From: a virus
IMG/VR virus record: IMGVR_UViG_3300011113_000664
Span: 64,001 to 128,000 of that record
Length of the DNA stretch: 64,000 bases
Strand: one strand, 5' to 3'
Shown here: positions 48,922 to 58,277 of the stretch, in pieces
Layout: each line of letters starts with the position of its first letter
How positions within the stretch are numbered: the first letter of the stretch is position 1
Made by a program: the position numbers and the translations under genes
Notes under the pieces: generated by a model
Seen by the model: the letters and a program-made list of their open reading frames with translations, nothing else
Told to the model about the DNA's origin: nothing
Database searches by the model: none

Positions 48922-50322
48922 TTATACCACCAATCTAATATTAAATGGTATTACTGTAGAAGGTAATTTTTTAACAGGTTCACTTAATTTTCCTATTCCT
49001 ATTAATTCACCTGCTGCATTATAAAGTCCTATTGATGTAATAAATGTTGGTGCTTCTTCACCAGCTAAATATGCACCTTCGTATGTTGAATTTGTTGTTG
49101 ATGCAAATTCATTTGGTCCGGCAAGACAAATAATATTTTGAACAAATTCTGTTGTAATTGAATCAAATTGAGAATTTGAAATTGATGTATTTGTAAAATA
49201 TATTTTAGCAAAATTTTTATCACCCGAATATGTAAGTCCTGAGTTAATTCCATTAAATCCTGAACTTGTTCCTGCTGTATATCTAAAATTTGCTACTAAT
49301 GTTGGGTCAGTAATAACAGCAAATCCTTTATCTTGATATAAAATACCAACAGGTTTATCAAAAGCAGGATATGCTGTTGCACCATCGGTAACACCATCAT
49401 ATGAAGCATATATTTTTTTACTTTCATCCCCTAAAACACTTGGGAACTGATTAGTTTTAGACCAAACATCCCATAATAAATTATTTGAAAGTTGTCTAAC
49501 TTTAACCACTATAGTAAATGTTTTACTATCATTAGATACAGGATTATCTAAATGTGCTTTTAGTGTTAAAGAAGTAATTCCGGGTGTATTTATTGGAAAC
49601 CAAGAATTTTTATTTATAACAGCTTCACCAACTGTAAATTTTACATTGTCAACACCTGTTGGAGGTGTATATTCAATATATACTTCATCATCTGTATTAA
49701 GTATTACAGTAGAAAAGTCATATTTGTTACTAGCATCACCTGTTACTGTAACAGTTGTTGATGTCAAAATAGTAATTTCAGTTCCTTTATCTTTTGGTAC
49801 AGCAATATCATTTGAGTATAAAAATGTTACATTGGTATTAAAATCATTATCAGCAGTTGGTTCAAAACCAAAATAATTTTTTCTTTTTTCTGAATACCTA
49901 CTGTTTAATTTATTTCCAATAAAAGTACTAGTAGAAGGTGTACCATCAAAACCAAAATATGTACCATAAACAGTTGTTGCTGTTTCAACGCTGTTTAAAG
50001 TAACCGGAAGAGTTAATTTAAAAGTTTTACCATCAATTAGTTCACCATATTCACCTTTTGGTATTTCAATAACAATTATGCTGTCAACATTTAAATCTTT
50101 TAAGGCAGTACTATTATAAGTGTTATAATACTCATTTAATTCTGCTGAAGTAATTGGAAAATTAAAAGATTTAAATAAATTTGCATAAGGTGTTGAAGTA
50201 TTAAGTTTTTCTGCATAAGTATACAAAAGTTTATTCCCACTTAAACTTGAACTATTTCTATATGGTACTTTTTGAAAACCACCTGAAGATACAATTTCTT
50301 TTAATCCATCTTGTGCTGCCAT
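48922..50322 (-). CDS. Tail/baseplate protein carrying the C-terminal half of a tail-collar-type domain
   Basis: NEF.STTNST..FITSIGLYNAAGELIGIGKLSEPVKK; own late motif at 50339-50348. Confidence 0.7.
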   Translation of the reverse strand: MAAQDGLKEIVSSGGFQKVPYRNSSSLSGNKLLYTYAEKLNTSTPYANLFKSFNFPITSAELNEYYNTYNSTALKDLNVDSIIVIEIPKGEYGELIDGKTFKLTLPVTLNSVETATTVYGTYFGFDGTPSTSTFIGNKLNSRYSEKRKNYFGFEPTADNDFNTNVTFLYSNDIAVPKDKGTEITILTSTTVTVTGDASNKYDFSTVILNTDDEVYIEYTPPTGVDNVKFTVGEAVINKNSWFPINTPGITSLTLKAHLDNPVSNDSKTFTIVVKVRQLSNNLLWDVWSKTNQFPSVLGDESKKIYASYDGVTDGATAYPAFDKPVGILYQDKGFAVITDPTLVANFRYTAGTSSGFNGINSGLTYSGDKNFAKIYFTNTSISNSQFDSITTEFVQNIICLAGPNEFASTTNSTYEGAYLAGEEAPTFITSIGLYNAAGELIGIGKLSEPVKKLPSTVIPFNIRLVV

Positions 50323-50357
50323 GATATATAAATTTTATTATAAATAGTGTTAAACAT

Positions 50358-51977
50358 TTATAAATTGCAGTAAAGACCATATGGTGTATAATCTATATTT
50401 GAATTTATTAATACACCCCAAGGATAACAATATTCAAATGTTACATTTAGAGAATCGTAAATAATTGAACCATATATATATTTTTGACCATCAGAAAGAT
50501 AGCTATAATATGCATTTGGTTTAGGGTAATCAGTATTTAATGTTGAATTATATGTTAGATTATCCATATTTTTTAAAATTCTTCTAAGTCTTAAAGTTCC
50601 ACCAGCTGGATTTTGAGTAGCATAATTTATAGTTGAATATATTTCTGTTGTTACTTCAACATATCTTATTTGAAAACCTGTACTTCCATTTTTCCAATTT
50701 TCAAATAAACGAACTGTTAGATGAAATGGGGAAAGTCGTTCAGTAAAAGTACTTGAATTATATGATTGAGGTAAATTATTTGAATAAACAGAATCACTTT
50801 GTGTCACATCAGGTGCATAATCAGCAAAACTAGTTCCGGTTATTAATGGTGTTGGTATAAATGTTGGTACTGTTTGTTTCACATAGAAAGGATTGAATCC
50901 TTGATTACTATATATGTATGTATCTTCTAAATTTCTTCCATCAAAATCAATAGGAATCGAACCTGCGTTATAATCTGGAAAGGTGGCTACATCAGGGGTT
51001 TTAGAGTTAGCTTCGTTAGTACCATCATAATATAAATCTAAAGCAAATGAATTTTCAAGCACTTTATTATTATCTATGTTATAAAAATAATCTATGTCAG
51101 CTTGAGTCATATTTAAATCACTTCTTCTATTACCATTATCAACTTTAATAATTGCGTAACCAGCTTTTAAACTTTCAAGTTCAGCCATTGGTGAAGTATA
51201 TGCATTGTATGGTACATCAGCAGGTAGGTTGTTAGAATCAAGTCTAGTTACCATATATAATTTTCTTGAACAATTAATATTATCAAATCTTTTGGTAAAA
51301 CCTACTTGTCCTGAACTATCTTTAACTTCAACTATAAAATTAAATGCATCAGCCTTTCTTGGTAAAAAATCATCATCTAATAAACAATAAATAGGATTTG
51401 CTCCGGTATTATCTTTTATTATGCGTTTACAAGTCGCATTTAAAGTAATTTTTTTATAAGCAACAGTTGTATTACCAACAGTAACAGGGTCAAAACTATA
51501 TGATTCTGATGTTTCTGTTTTTAAAACTTGTGCTTGTTCAATTGTTGAGTTTGAATTTGGAAAAGTTATTGTTTCTGTAATAATATTAAATGTGTATCCT
51601 TCAAATACACCATTTTTTGATACAGTAATTTCAAATTGTTCTTTATTTGGGTCTGTTGAACAAGTACCATTAACAAGGTATTCACCCTGAAATGGTGGAA
51701 AGTAAATTAAATTATTTTTTAATAATGCGCTTTCTGAAATATTTGGTGAACAAAAATCATTATTACCTGTTATATCAGATATAAACCCACTTTTAAGAGT
51801 ATTATATGTTGATGCAGAAATTAATTGAGATGCAATTTTATAATTTACATCTTCATCATGTAAACTAAAATATGCCACTTGAAAATCTACAGTATCACCT
51901 GTAATAAATTTTTCTTTACCTTTTTGCGTTAGGTAAGCATGTATTTTTTTGATATCTGATTGTTGTATATATCCCAT
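50358..51977 (-). CDS. Tail appendage paralog 4 (conserved ~90-aa N-module + variable domain)
   Basis: MGYI..AYLTQKGK..FSLHDEDVNY..GFISDITGNNDFC. Confidence 0.7.
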   Translation of the reverse strand: MGYIQQSDIKKIHAYLTQKGKEKFITGDTVDFQVAYFSLHDEDVNYKIASQLISASTYNTLKSGFISDITGNNDFCSPNISESALLKNNLIYFPPFQGEYLVNGTCSTDPNKEQFEITVSKNGVFEGYTFNIITETITFPNSNSTIEQAQVLKTETSESYSFDPVTVGNTTVAYKKITLNATCKRIIKDNTGANPIYCLLDDDFLPRKADAFNFIVEVKDSSGQVGFTKRFDNINCSRKLYMVTRLDSNNLPADVPYNAYTSPMAELESLKAGYAIIKVDNGNRRSDLNMTQADIDYFYNIDNNKVLENSFALDLYYDGTNEANSKTPDVATFPDYNAGSIPIDFDGRNLEDTYIYSNQGFNPFYVKQTVPTFIPTPLITGTSFADYAPDVTQSDSVYSNNLPQSYNSSTFTERLSPFHLTVRLFENWKNGSTGFQIRYVEVTTEIYSTINYATQNPAGGTLRLRRILKNMDNLTYNSTLNTDYPKPNAYYSYLSDGQKYIYGSIIYDSLNVTFEYCYPWGVLINSNIDYTPYGLYCNL

Positions 51978-51989
51978 ATTAATAATTTA

Positions 51990-53177
51990 TTATGTCCAAT
52001 AATGGAATCTGTATTCTAAAGTTATATCGCTTGAATATGATGGGTTGATAAAATCGCTATAGACTCTAAATAGAATATTTCCTTGTGCAGAATTTGGTAT
52101 TGTACTTGTAGAGCCTGGTGGTTTTGTTCTTGCTACATCTTTTCTTATTACTTTTATTGGTACTGATTTTTTATATATTGTATTATTAGCCGTTGGAGTT
52201 ACAGTACCATTTGTATTGTTATTAAATTCAAATCTTAAATTTGATGTAATTACTGTTTCTGAATACGGTGGGTTATCCACTCCAATAACTAAATCAATAT
52301 AATTCCAAGCAGAATCGGTAAGATTACTTTTTTCTATTTTAAAAAATGCTGTATTTAATGTATTTTGTGTTATTTGTGAATTATCTGAATTTCTTATTGA
52401 TACATCTATATAATTATAATAACTTGGGTCTAATGTAATTGTCTGTTTATTTCCACCAACAACAGCTACACTAGCAGGATTAGTAGGAATAGTATTGTCA
52501 AAAGTATTTGTTTGACTAAATATTAAATTATTTTGTGGTTGATTTGGTAAACAGTCTAAATTAGTTTGCCCAATCAATTTTTCAGTTCCTTGACCATCTT
52601 TTACATAAACTTGATAATAAATTGGTATTACTTGTTGTGCATCTCTTGTAGAAAATTCAAATGATTGACCTATTTGTTTTGGTGTAAAATAGTTATCAGG
52701 ACCAAAATCTGTATAAAATTGATTTATTGTTACTTGTGGTGTACCATTTGGAAATACAGGTGCAACTCTCCATGTATAAGGTCCACCTGAACCTCCTACA
52801 GGGTTTGTAACATTTATTATTACAACATAATCAAAAGTGGAACAGTTTTGAGAAAAATTAGCACTCATTGGTGAATTACCTTCACCTTTAAGCATATTTT
52901 TACCAAATACAACCATTCCTTTATTACTTTTAATACAAACATCATTATCACCTGTTATATCAGGTATAAAACCACTTTTTGGTGTGTTATATAATGTGTT
53001 TCCTGAAGAGTCAACCCCAATAATTTGTTTACTAATTTGATAATTTATATCCTCATCATGTAAACTAAAATTTTTAATTTGAAAATCAATAACATCGCCA
53101 TTAAAAATTCTTTCTCTTGCATATTCTGTAAAATATGCATAAAGTTGTACTGTTGATGAACTTACTATAAATCCCAT
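51990..53177 (-). CDS. Tail appendage paralog 3 (N-module + beta-rich domains)
   Basis: MGFI..AYFTEYAR..FSLHDEDINY..GFIPDITGDNDVC; GGSGGPYTW..YQVYVKDGQG resembles an SprB-type repeat. Confidence 0.7.
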   Translation of the reverse strand: MGFIVSSSTVQLYAYFTEYARERIFNGDVIDFQIKNFSLHDEDINYQISKQIIGVDSSGNTLYNTPKSGFIPDITGDNDVCIKSNKGMVVFGKNMLKGEGNSPMSANFSQNCSTFDYVVIINVTNPVGGSGGPYTWRVAPVFPNGTPQVTINQFYTDFGPDNYFTPKQIGQSFEFSTRDAQQVIPIYYQVYVKDGQGTEKLIGQTNLDCLPNQPQNNLIFSQTNTFDNTIPTNPASVAVVGGNKQTITLDPSYYNYIDVSIRNSDNSQITQNTLNTAFFKIEKSNLTDSAWNYIDLVIGVDNPPYSETVITSNLRFEFNNNTNGTVTPTANNTIYKKSVPIKVIRKDVARTKPPGSTSTIPNSAQGNILFRVYSDFINPSYSSDITLEYRFHYWT

Positions 53178-53186
53178 TGTTTTATA

Positions 53187-54197
53187 TTAATTAGATATTG
53201 TCTTTTCAAGTTGCGCTCTATATGTATATGTATTTTTTTGAGTGTTTACTTGTATATTTGAATTAGTTGAATTTAAAGTAAACGTAAACTCAAAATGTCT
53301 ATTAATAGTGGTTTGGTCTAAATAACTTGGTTCAATATAAAGTACCATTTCTGTTAATTTATTTATAACATCATTAGTTGTTACACTAGCAAAACTATAA
53401 TTAGATATATAATTTGAAATATTACCAAGATTACTAGTTGGATTATAATCTTTAAAACTAATTTTTATAAAATCTTCAAAAACTTTGTTTGGTTTTGTTC
53501 CGGTAAAAGTATATCCAATGGTACTTGGTGTTGAAATAGATAAATTGAATTTTACAGCATCTCTCTCTGCTTGAGTAATTGGTGTTGTATCACCGGGAGA
53601 TGTTTTTAATACAATTGCAAATCTTGAATCTTGGTCACCAAGTGGTATTTGTGTGCCTGGGGTTGGACTATCACCATTTATTATGATGGTACAATTTTGA
53701 CCTAACTTTAATTTATTTGTTGTGCTATCGATAGGGTCTACTTTTCTTCTATGTATCCAATAATCATTGCGATTATCATAATTTGTTGCATATTCAAATT
53801 CCAATATTAATGGTTGAGTTCTTGGTGTTACAGACCCACCACCTGTTCCTCCTCCTGTTCCACCACCTGTTCCTGTTGATGAGGTTATAGAAGATAAAAC
53901 AACAAGTGGTCCACCATAAATTAAATGACTATCATCATCTACGATATAGGCTTGTGATACACTTTTAATACAAATGTCATTATCACCTGTTGCATCAGGT
54001 AAAAATCCATTTTTTAAATAATTATAATTTAAATTTTGGTCAATAATTGATGAAATTTTATAATTTACATCATTATCATGTAGACTAAAAAATTTTATTT
54101 CAGAATGTGTTGCTGATGAATATAATAATTTTTTTCTACCATCTTGTGTAAGATAGCATTTTATTACTTGTGGTGTTGTATCTGTTATAAATCCCAT
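53187..54197 (-). CDS. Tail appendage paralog 2 (N-module + GT linker + variable domain)
   Basis: MGFI..CYLTQDGR..FSLHDNDVNY..GFLPDATGDNDIC; TGGGTGGGTGGG linker. Confidence 0.7.
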   Translation of the reverse strand: MGFITDTTPQVIKCYLTQDGRKKLLYSSATHSEIKFFSLHDNDVNYKISSIIDQNLNYNYLKNGFLPDATGDNDICIKSVSQAYIVDDDSHLIYGGPLVVLSSITSSTGTGGGTGGGTGGGSVTPRTQPLILEFEYATNYDNRNDYWIHRRKVDPIDSTTNKLKLGQNCTIIINGDSPTPGTQIPLGDQDSRFAIVLKTSPGDTTPITQAERDAVKFNLSISTPSTIGYTFTGTKPNKVFEDFIKISFKDYNPTSNLGNISNYISNYSFASVTTNDVINKLTEMVLYIEPSYLDQTTINRHFEFTFTLNSTNSNIQVNTQKNTYTYRAQLEKTISN

Positions 54198-54210
54198 TTT
54201 ATTTTATAAT

Positions 54211-55389
54211 TTATGCTGACTTTTTTCCTTCTACCCTACCTTTATAATCATATGTATCTTTTCCTGTTACTACTGATAAATTAGGTGAATCAGATATTAA
54301 TTTTATTTTAAATTGAAACTCTTTAATTAAATTAGTATATAAACCAGTTGTTATAGTACTGTTAAAATAGCTTTGTTTAATACCAAAAGTTAAATCTGTT
54401 ATTGGGTTATAAGGATTTCCCGGTGGTCCAAAATTTAAAATAGATGTAGTACCAACAGTATTTAATATACCGTTAAAATTTCCAACATCTATACTTGGTT
54501 TAATATAAAAAATCCAATTGGTATCAACAATTGATTCTAATAGAATTTTAAATTTAATTGAATTTATTTCATCTTGTGTTATATTAGTTTGAGTTGGGTC
54601 AACAAAACTATATCTAATCTTTAATGTATTATTAGTTTTTAAACTAAAATCTGTTCTAGCCTGAGTAGGGGTATTAACATTTTGTGTATGTAAAAATTCA
54701 GGTGAATCTTTAGTTAAAGGTGCAAGTACATTAGTTGGATTAACAAATTCTATTTGAAATTGTCTAAGTGGTGGGTCTGAAACAGTAATATATGAAGTTC
54801 TTGTTTTACTATCTGAACCAAATTGATTAGTTGCTCTTAGTTTTACAGCATAAACACCTGATGTTGTGTATGTATGACTTGGGTTTTGTAATGTACTATC
54901 ATTAGTACCATCATTTTCAAAATCCCATTCCCATGCAAGAGATGTTAATGGTGCAGACATATTTGTAGAATTATCAGTAAACTGAACGGTTAACGGTTTA
55001 TATCCTGAAAGTGTCGAAGCCGTAAAATCGGCAACAGGTATAAATGTCGTAGGTCCACCACCGCCACCACTAGTACCACCTCCACCATCAGGTGGTTGAG
55101 GTGTTCCACCATAAATTAAATAACTATTATCATCCACAATGTATGCTTGAGCGATACTTCTAATACAATTATCATTATCACCTGTTACATCGGGTACAAA
55201 TCCCCTTTTTAACTTATTATACTCAAAATTTATAATTTTGGATGCTACATCATAATTTATATCATTATCATGTAATGTAAAATGCGTTGCTGTACATGCG
55301 GTAGCATCGCCAAAAAGTAAATTACTTCTACCCTTTTGTGTTAAGTAAGCATAAAGTGTTTGAGTGGTTGAACTTGGTACATAACCCAT
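54211..55389 (-). CDS. Tail appendage paralog 1 (N-module + PKD domain + variable domain)
   Basis: Shared N-module; PVADFTAS..PLTVQFTDNS..WEWDF..QNPSHTY..G.Y.VKL.ATN is a PKD domain. Confidence 0.8.
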   Translation of the reverse strand: MGYVPSSTTQTLYAYLTQKGRSNLLFGDATACTATHFTLHDNDINYDVASKIINFEYNKLKRGFVPDVTGDNDNCIRSIAQAYIVDDNSYLIYGGTPQPPDGGGGTSGGGGGPTTFIPVADFTASTLSGYKPLTVQFTDNSTNMSAPLTSLAWEWDFENDGTNDSTLQNPSHTYTTSGVYAVKLRATNQFGSDSKTRTSYITVSDPPLRQFQIEFVNPTNVLAPLTKDSPEFLHTQNVNTPTQARTDFSLKTNNTLKIRYSFVDPTQTNITQDEINSIKFKILLESIVDTNWIFYIKPSIDVGNFNGILNTVGTTSILNFGPPGNPYNPITDLTFGIKQSYFNSTITTGLYTNLIKEFQFKIKLISDSPNLSVVTGKDTYDYKGRVEGKKSA

Positions 55390-55390
55390 A

Positions 55391-57445
55391 TTAAAAATCC
55401 ATATCTAATTCTACTGTAAATAATTTATTGGTACTCTTTTTAATAGGATTATTTAATTTACCAATAGCGACTAATGAATTATTTTGGTCATAAATAGCAG
55501 CTTCGGTTATATACACACTATCATTACTATCCCATGTTGGATTATTAGAAGTGTTATATTCATTAAATCCTAAAATATGTGACATTTTTGTTCTATAAAC
55601 TGTTGCCTTAATTTCTGTGTTTATATTGCCAAGTAATATACTTTCCTCACCAAAACCTAATTTTGTTGTTGTTGAATAATCTCCTGTTGTTGGTAATGTT
55701 CCTATCCAATTTTCAATATTATATGTTGTACCACCTGTATAATCATCATTATTTAATGTATAATTTTGGGTAAGTGCTGTTACAGGTATTGAATATACAC
55801 CCCATAAACCATAATCTCGTAATTTTGATGTATAATCAATTAATTTCCAAGTTGCAGGATTTGGTGTTAGATTTGTATTAACTTTTTGAGCCAAAATATA
55901 AAATTTGTTTGCGTTAAACCCTGTTCCATCTGATGAAGATACATCAGATACCATGAATTTTAAATCAGATGATTTAAAACTAAATAATACATTTTGGTCT
56001 GATGTAGTAGATGGATATATGTATGTTGTATAACCACAATGAATACCACCTCTTAAACCTAAACTAGTATTAGTATTGTAACCATCATTATATGCGTTTT
56101 CATTAGTAAATAAATATGTTAAAGCAACATATTGTGTTGAATTTTTAGGTAATAGTGAATTTGTACTTGGAGAAGTTGCAATAGAACCTTGCCAATTTGG
56201 TAATGGTAAAGTATGTGACCTGTCACTTTTAAGTGCTAAAACATTTACTAATTCTTCATCCTCAATAACTGCAATTCTTAAATCATTAAATACTTTCCCC
56301 ACAATATTTTGAGAAGTTGATTCAACAAGATTATAATATTCAGTTGTAAATCCTGTTAATGTTGTTAGTTCTGTTTTCTTTTGTGTATCTGCCGATAAAA
56401 CAATACCCATTGTTCGGTTTTCTTTACCATGATACATAACTGTCGGTAAATCAATTCTAAATGTATTATTATAAAATCCTTCACCGTAATAATTTGATAT
56501 TGATTTATTAGTATAATGAATTATTGCAAATTTAGATGTAGAATTATCAAGCGATAAACCTTGAATGTATTCTTTAAAACCTGAAAATATTGCACTATCA
56601 TAATATTGCGGTACATAACTATTTGTTATACCTGCTAAAGTATCTTTATAAACAATATTTAAATTCCAAACAGGTACATCATCGTTTGCACCAATATTAC
56701 AAGTTGAATCAAACGATAGAGTGTTATAATTCCAATAACCAACAGTTGTTCCTGTACTATAGTAATTATCAACTGCATTATTTGGAGGATAAATATAAAT
56801 TAAACATTTATATGTTCCACCATTTCCATTAAAACGTGGTAAAGTCCTATCAAGTGTTATACCCGTACCATTTACAGCTTGAACTTTATACCAAAGAAAT
56901 TGTCTTGGATAGTTTTCACCAATAACACCTGTTGTACTCGTAAATACTGTTAATTTTGGATTTCTAAAATCAATTAAAAGTGTAGTACCTGTTATAATAT
57001 TTGTTGCTGATGCTACATTAATTACACTACCACCTGTAAAACCTGTAATAAAAGCAGTTGTCATGCCTTTAATATATGTTGATGATGTTAATGCTGTAAA
57101 ACCTGCTGAAGTAGAACCTGTAAAAAATCCTCTTTGTTTAGCGGTATTTTTAACTTGTGTAGTGACAGGTAGAATATTATCAATAGTTTTTTTTGTTACT
57201 GTTGAGTCACTTGATGAAATTGGAACACCATATTTAATATTAGGATTTGCATCTTTTGGTCGCATTATTGAAAGGTCAGAACCATCAATTACACTTTCAA
57301 AATTTCTTAAAAAATTATAATCAACTTCTGAATCACCAAATTCAATTCTTGTAAAGTTTAAATTACCTGAAGCAAGTAGTAGTCTACCTATATTTGTCAG
57401 TTTTGTGTTAATTACAACTGCATCTGTTTTTTGTATAAAACTCAT
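55391..57445 (-). CDS. Tail/baseplate protein with both halves of a tail-collar-type domain
   Basis: N-terminal LTNIGRLLLASG..FGDSEVDY; C-terminal NTSNNPTW..ITEAAIYDQNNSLVAIGKLNNPIKK. Confidence 0.7.
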   Translation of the reverse strand: MSFIQKTDAVVINTKLTNIGRLLLASGNLNFTRIEFGDSEVDYNFLRNFESVIDGSDLSIMRPKDANPNIKYGVPISSSDSTVTKKTIDNILPVTTQVKNTAKQRGFFTGSTSAGFTALTSSTYIKGMTTAFITGFTGGSVINVASATNIITGTTLLIDFRNPKLTVFTSTTGVIGENYPRQFLWYKVQAVNGTGITLDRTLPRFNGNGGTYKCLIYIYPPNNAVDNYYSTGTTVGYWNYNTLSFDSTCNIGANDDVPVWNLNIVYKDTLAGITNSYVPQYYDSAIFSGFKEYIQGLSLDNSTSKFAIIHYTNKSISNYYGEGFYNNTFRIDLPTVMYHGKENRTMGIVLSADTQKKTELTTLTGFTTEYYNLVESTSQNIVGKVFNDLRIAVIEDEELVNVLALKSDRSHTLPLPNWQGSIATSPSTNSLLPKNSTQYVALTYLFTNENAYNDGYNTNTSLGLRGGIHCGYTTYIYPSTTSDQNVLFSFKSSDLKFMVSDVSSSDGTGFNANKFYILAQKVNTNLTPNPATWKLIDYTSKLRDYGLWGVYSIPVTALTQNYTLNNDDYTGGTTYNIENWIGTLPTTGDYSTTTKLGFGEESILLGNINTEIKATVYRTKMSHILGFNEYNTSNNPTWDSNDSVYITEAAIYDQNNSLVAIGKLNNPIKKSTNKLFTVELDMDF

Positions 57446-57452
57446 TGGAAAT

Positions 57453-57471
57453 ACTATTTATAATAAATAGT
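57453..57471. promoter_or_regulatory. Face-to-face late-promoter pair forming the palindrome ACTATTTAT-A-ATAAATAGT
   Basis: Perfect 9-bp inverted repeat in a 33-bp divergent gap. Confidence 0.75.
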
Positions 57472-57478
57472 TAGTATT

Positions 57479-57739
57479 ATGTTTGGTTTATTTTCAAAAT
57501 TTATAAATGATTTACTTAGGGATAGTAATTCTAAAAAAACTTCACTAACAAGAATACTAGCTATTATGTTATTTTTTATTGTTATATGGTTTCATATTGA
57601 AGCAATTTCAATAATGGTTTCTAAACAAGAGATTGACCACGCATTAATATTTGAAGATTTTGCTTTTATTAGTGCATTGATTATGCATAAAAATTATATT
57701 AATAGAAATAGCAAAGAAGAGCAAGTTGAACCTTCTTAA
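57479..57739 (+). CDS. Two-TM membrane protein, holin candidate
   Basis: 86 aa, two TMs, charged C-terminus, late motif. Confidence 0.5.
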   Translation: MFGLFSKFINDLLRDSNSKKTSLTRILAIMLFFIVIWFHIEAISIMVSKQEIDHALIFEDFAFISALIMHKNYINRNSKEEQVEPS

Positions 57740-58275
57740 AATGGTGTTAAAAAGTTTAAAAAGGGTAATCCAATAATATCTTTTTCAGATAATATGGGAT
57801 TATCAATAACCCAATTAATATTTAAATCTTTATCTAAAGGGTTTATTGATATTTCAGATTCTTTATTATATATATTTGAACATTTATAACTAAAAATCGA
57901 ATCTTCTAAAGCAACAAAACCATGTGCAAATCCTTTTGGTATATAAAGACTGTTGTTTTTTTCACTAGAAAGTTCAATAGATATATATTTTCCATATGTT
58001 TTTGACCCATTTCTAATATCAACAGCAACATCTAAAACTTTACCATTTACTACTCTCACTAATTTTGCTTGTTCAAATGGTGGTTTTTGTAGATGTAGAC
58101 CTCTTACAACATTTTTTTTTGAAAAAGATTGATTATCTTGTATAAAATCATCGGTAATCCCTATTTTTTCAAATGTATTTTGGTTATATGATTCAAAAAA
58201 ATAACCTCTATTATCTTCAAATTTTTTGGGTATAATTTCTATTATGCCCTCTATATCAAAATAATTTATTTCCAT
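57736..58275 (-). CDS. rmlC: dTDP-4-dehydrorhamnose 3,5-epimerase
   Basis: DNRGYFFESY, QDNQSFS, RGLHLQ, QAKLVRV, GFAHGF, YKCSN.Y, ILSEKD. Confidence 0.97.
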   Translation of the reverse strand: MEINYFDIEGIIEIIPKKFEDNRGYFFESYNQNTFEKIGITDDFIQDNQSFSKKNVVRGLHLQKPPFEQAKLVRVVNGKVLDVAVDIRNGSKTYGKYISIELSSEKNNSLYIPKGFAHGFVALEDSIFSYKCSNIYNKESEISINPLDKDLNINWVIDNPILSEKDIIGLPFLNFLTPF

Positions 58276-58277
58276 AA

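Noticed and set aside
50358-55389. Shufflon, invertible cassette or DGR target region
   Set aside because: All four genes are complete, co-oriented and have their own starts. I saw no recombinase, reverse transcriptase, flanking inverted repeats or adenine-specific template/variable repeat pair in the window.
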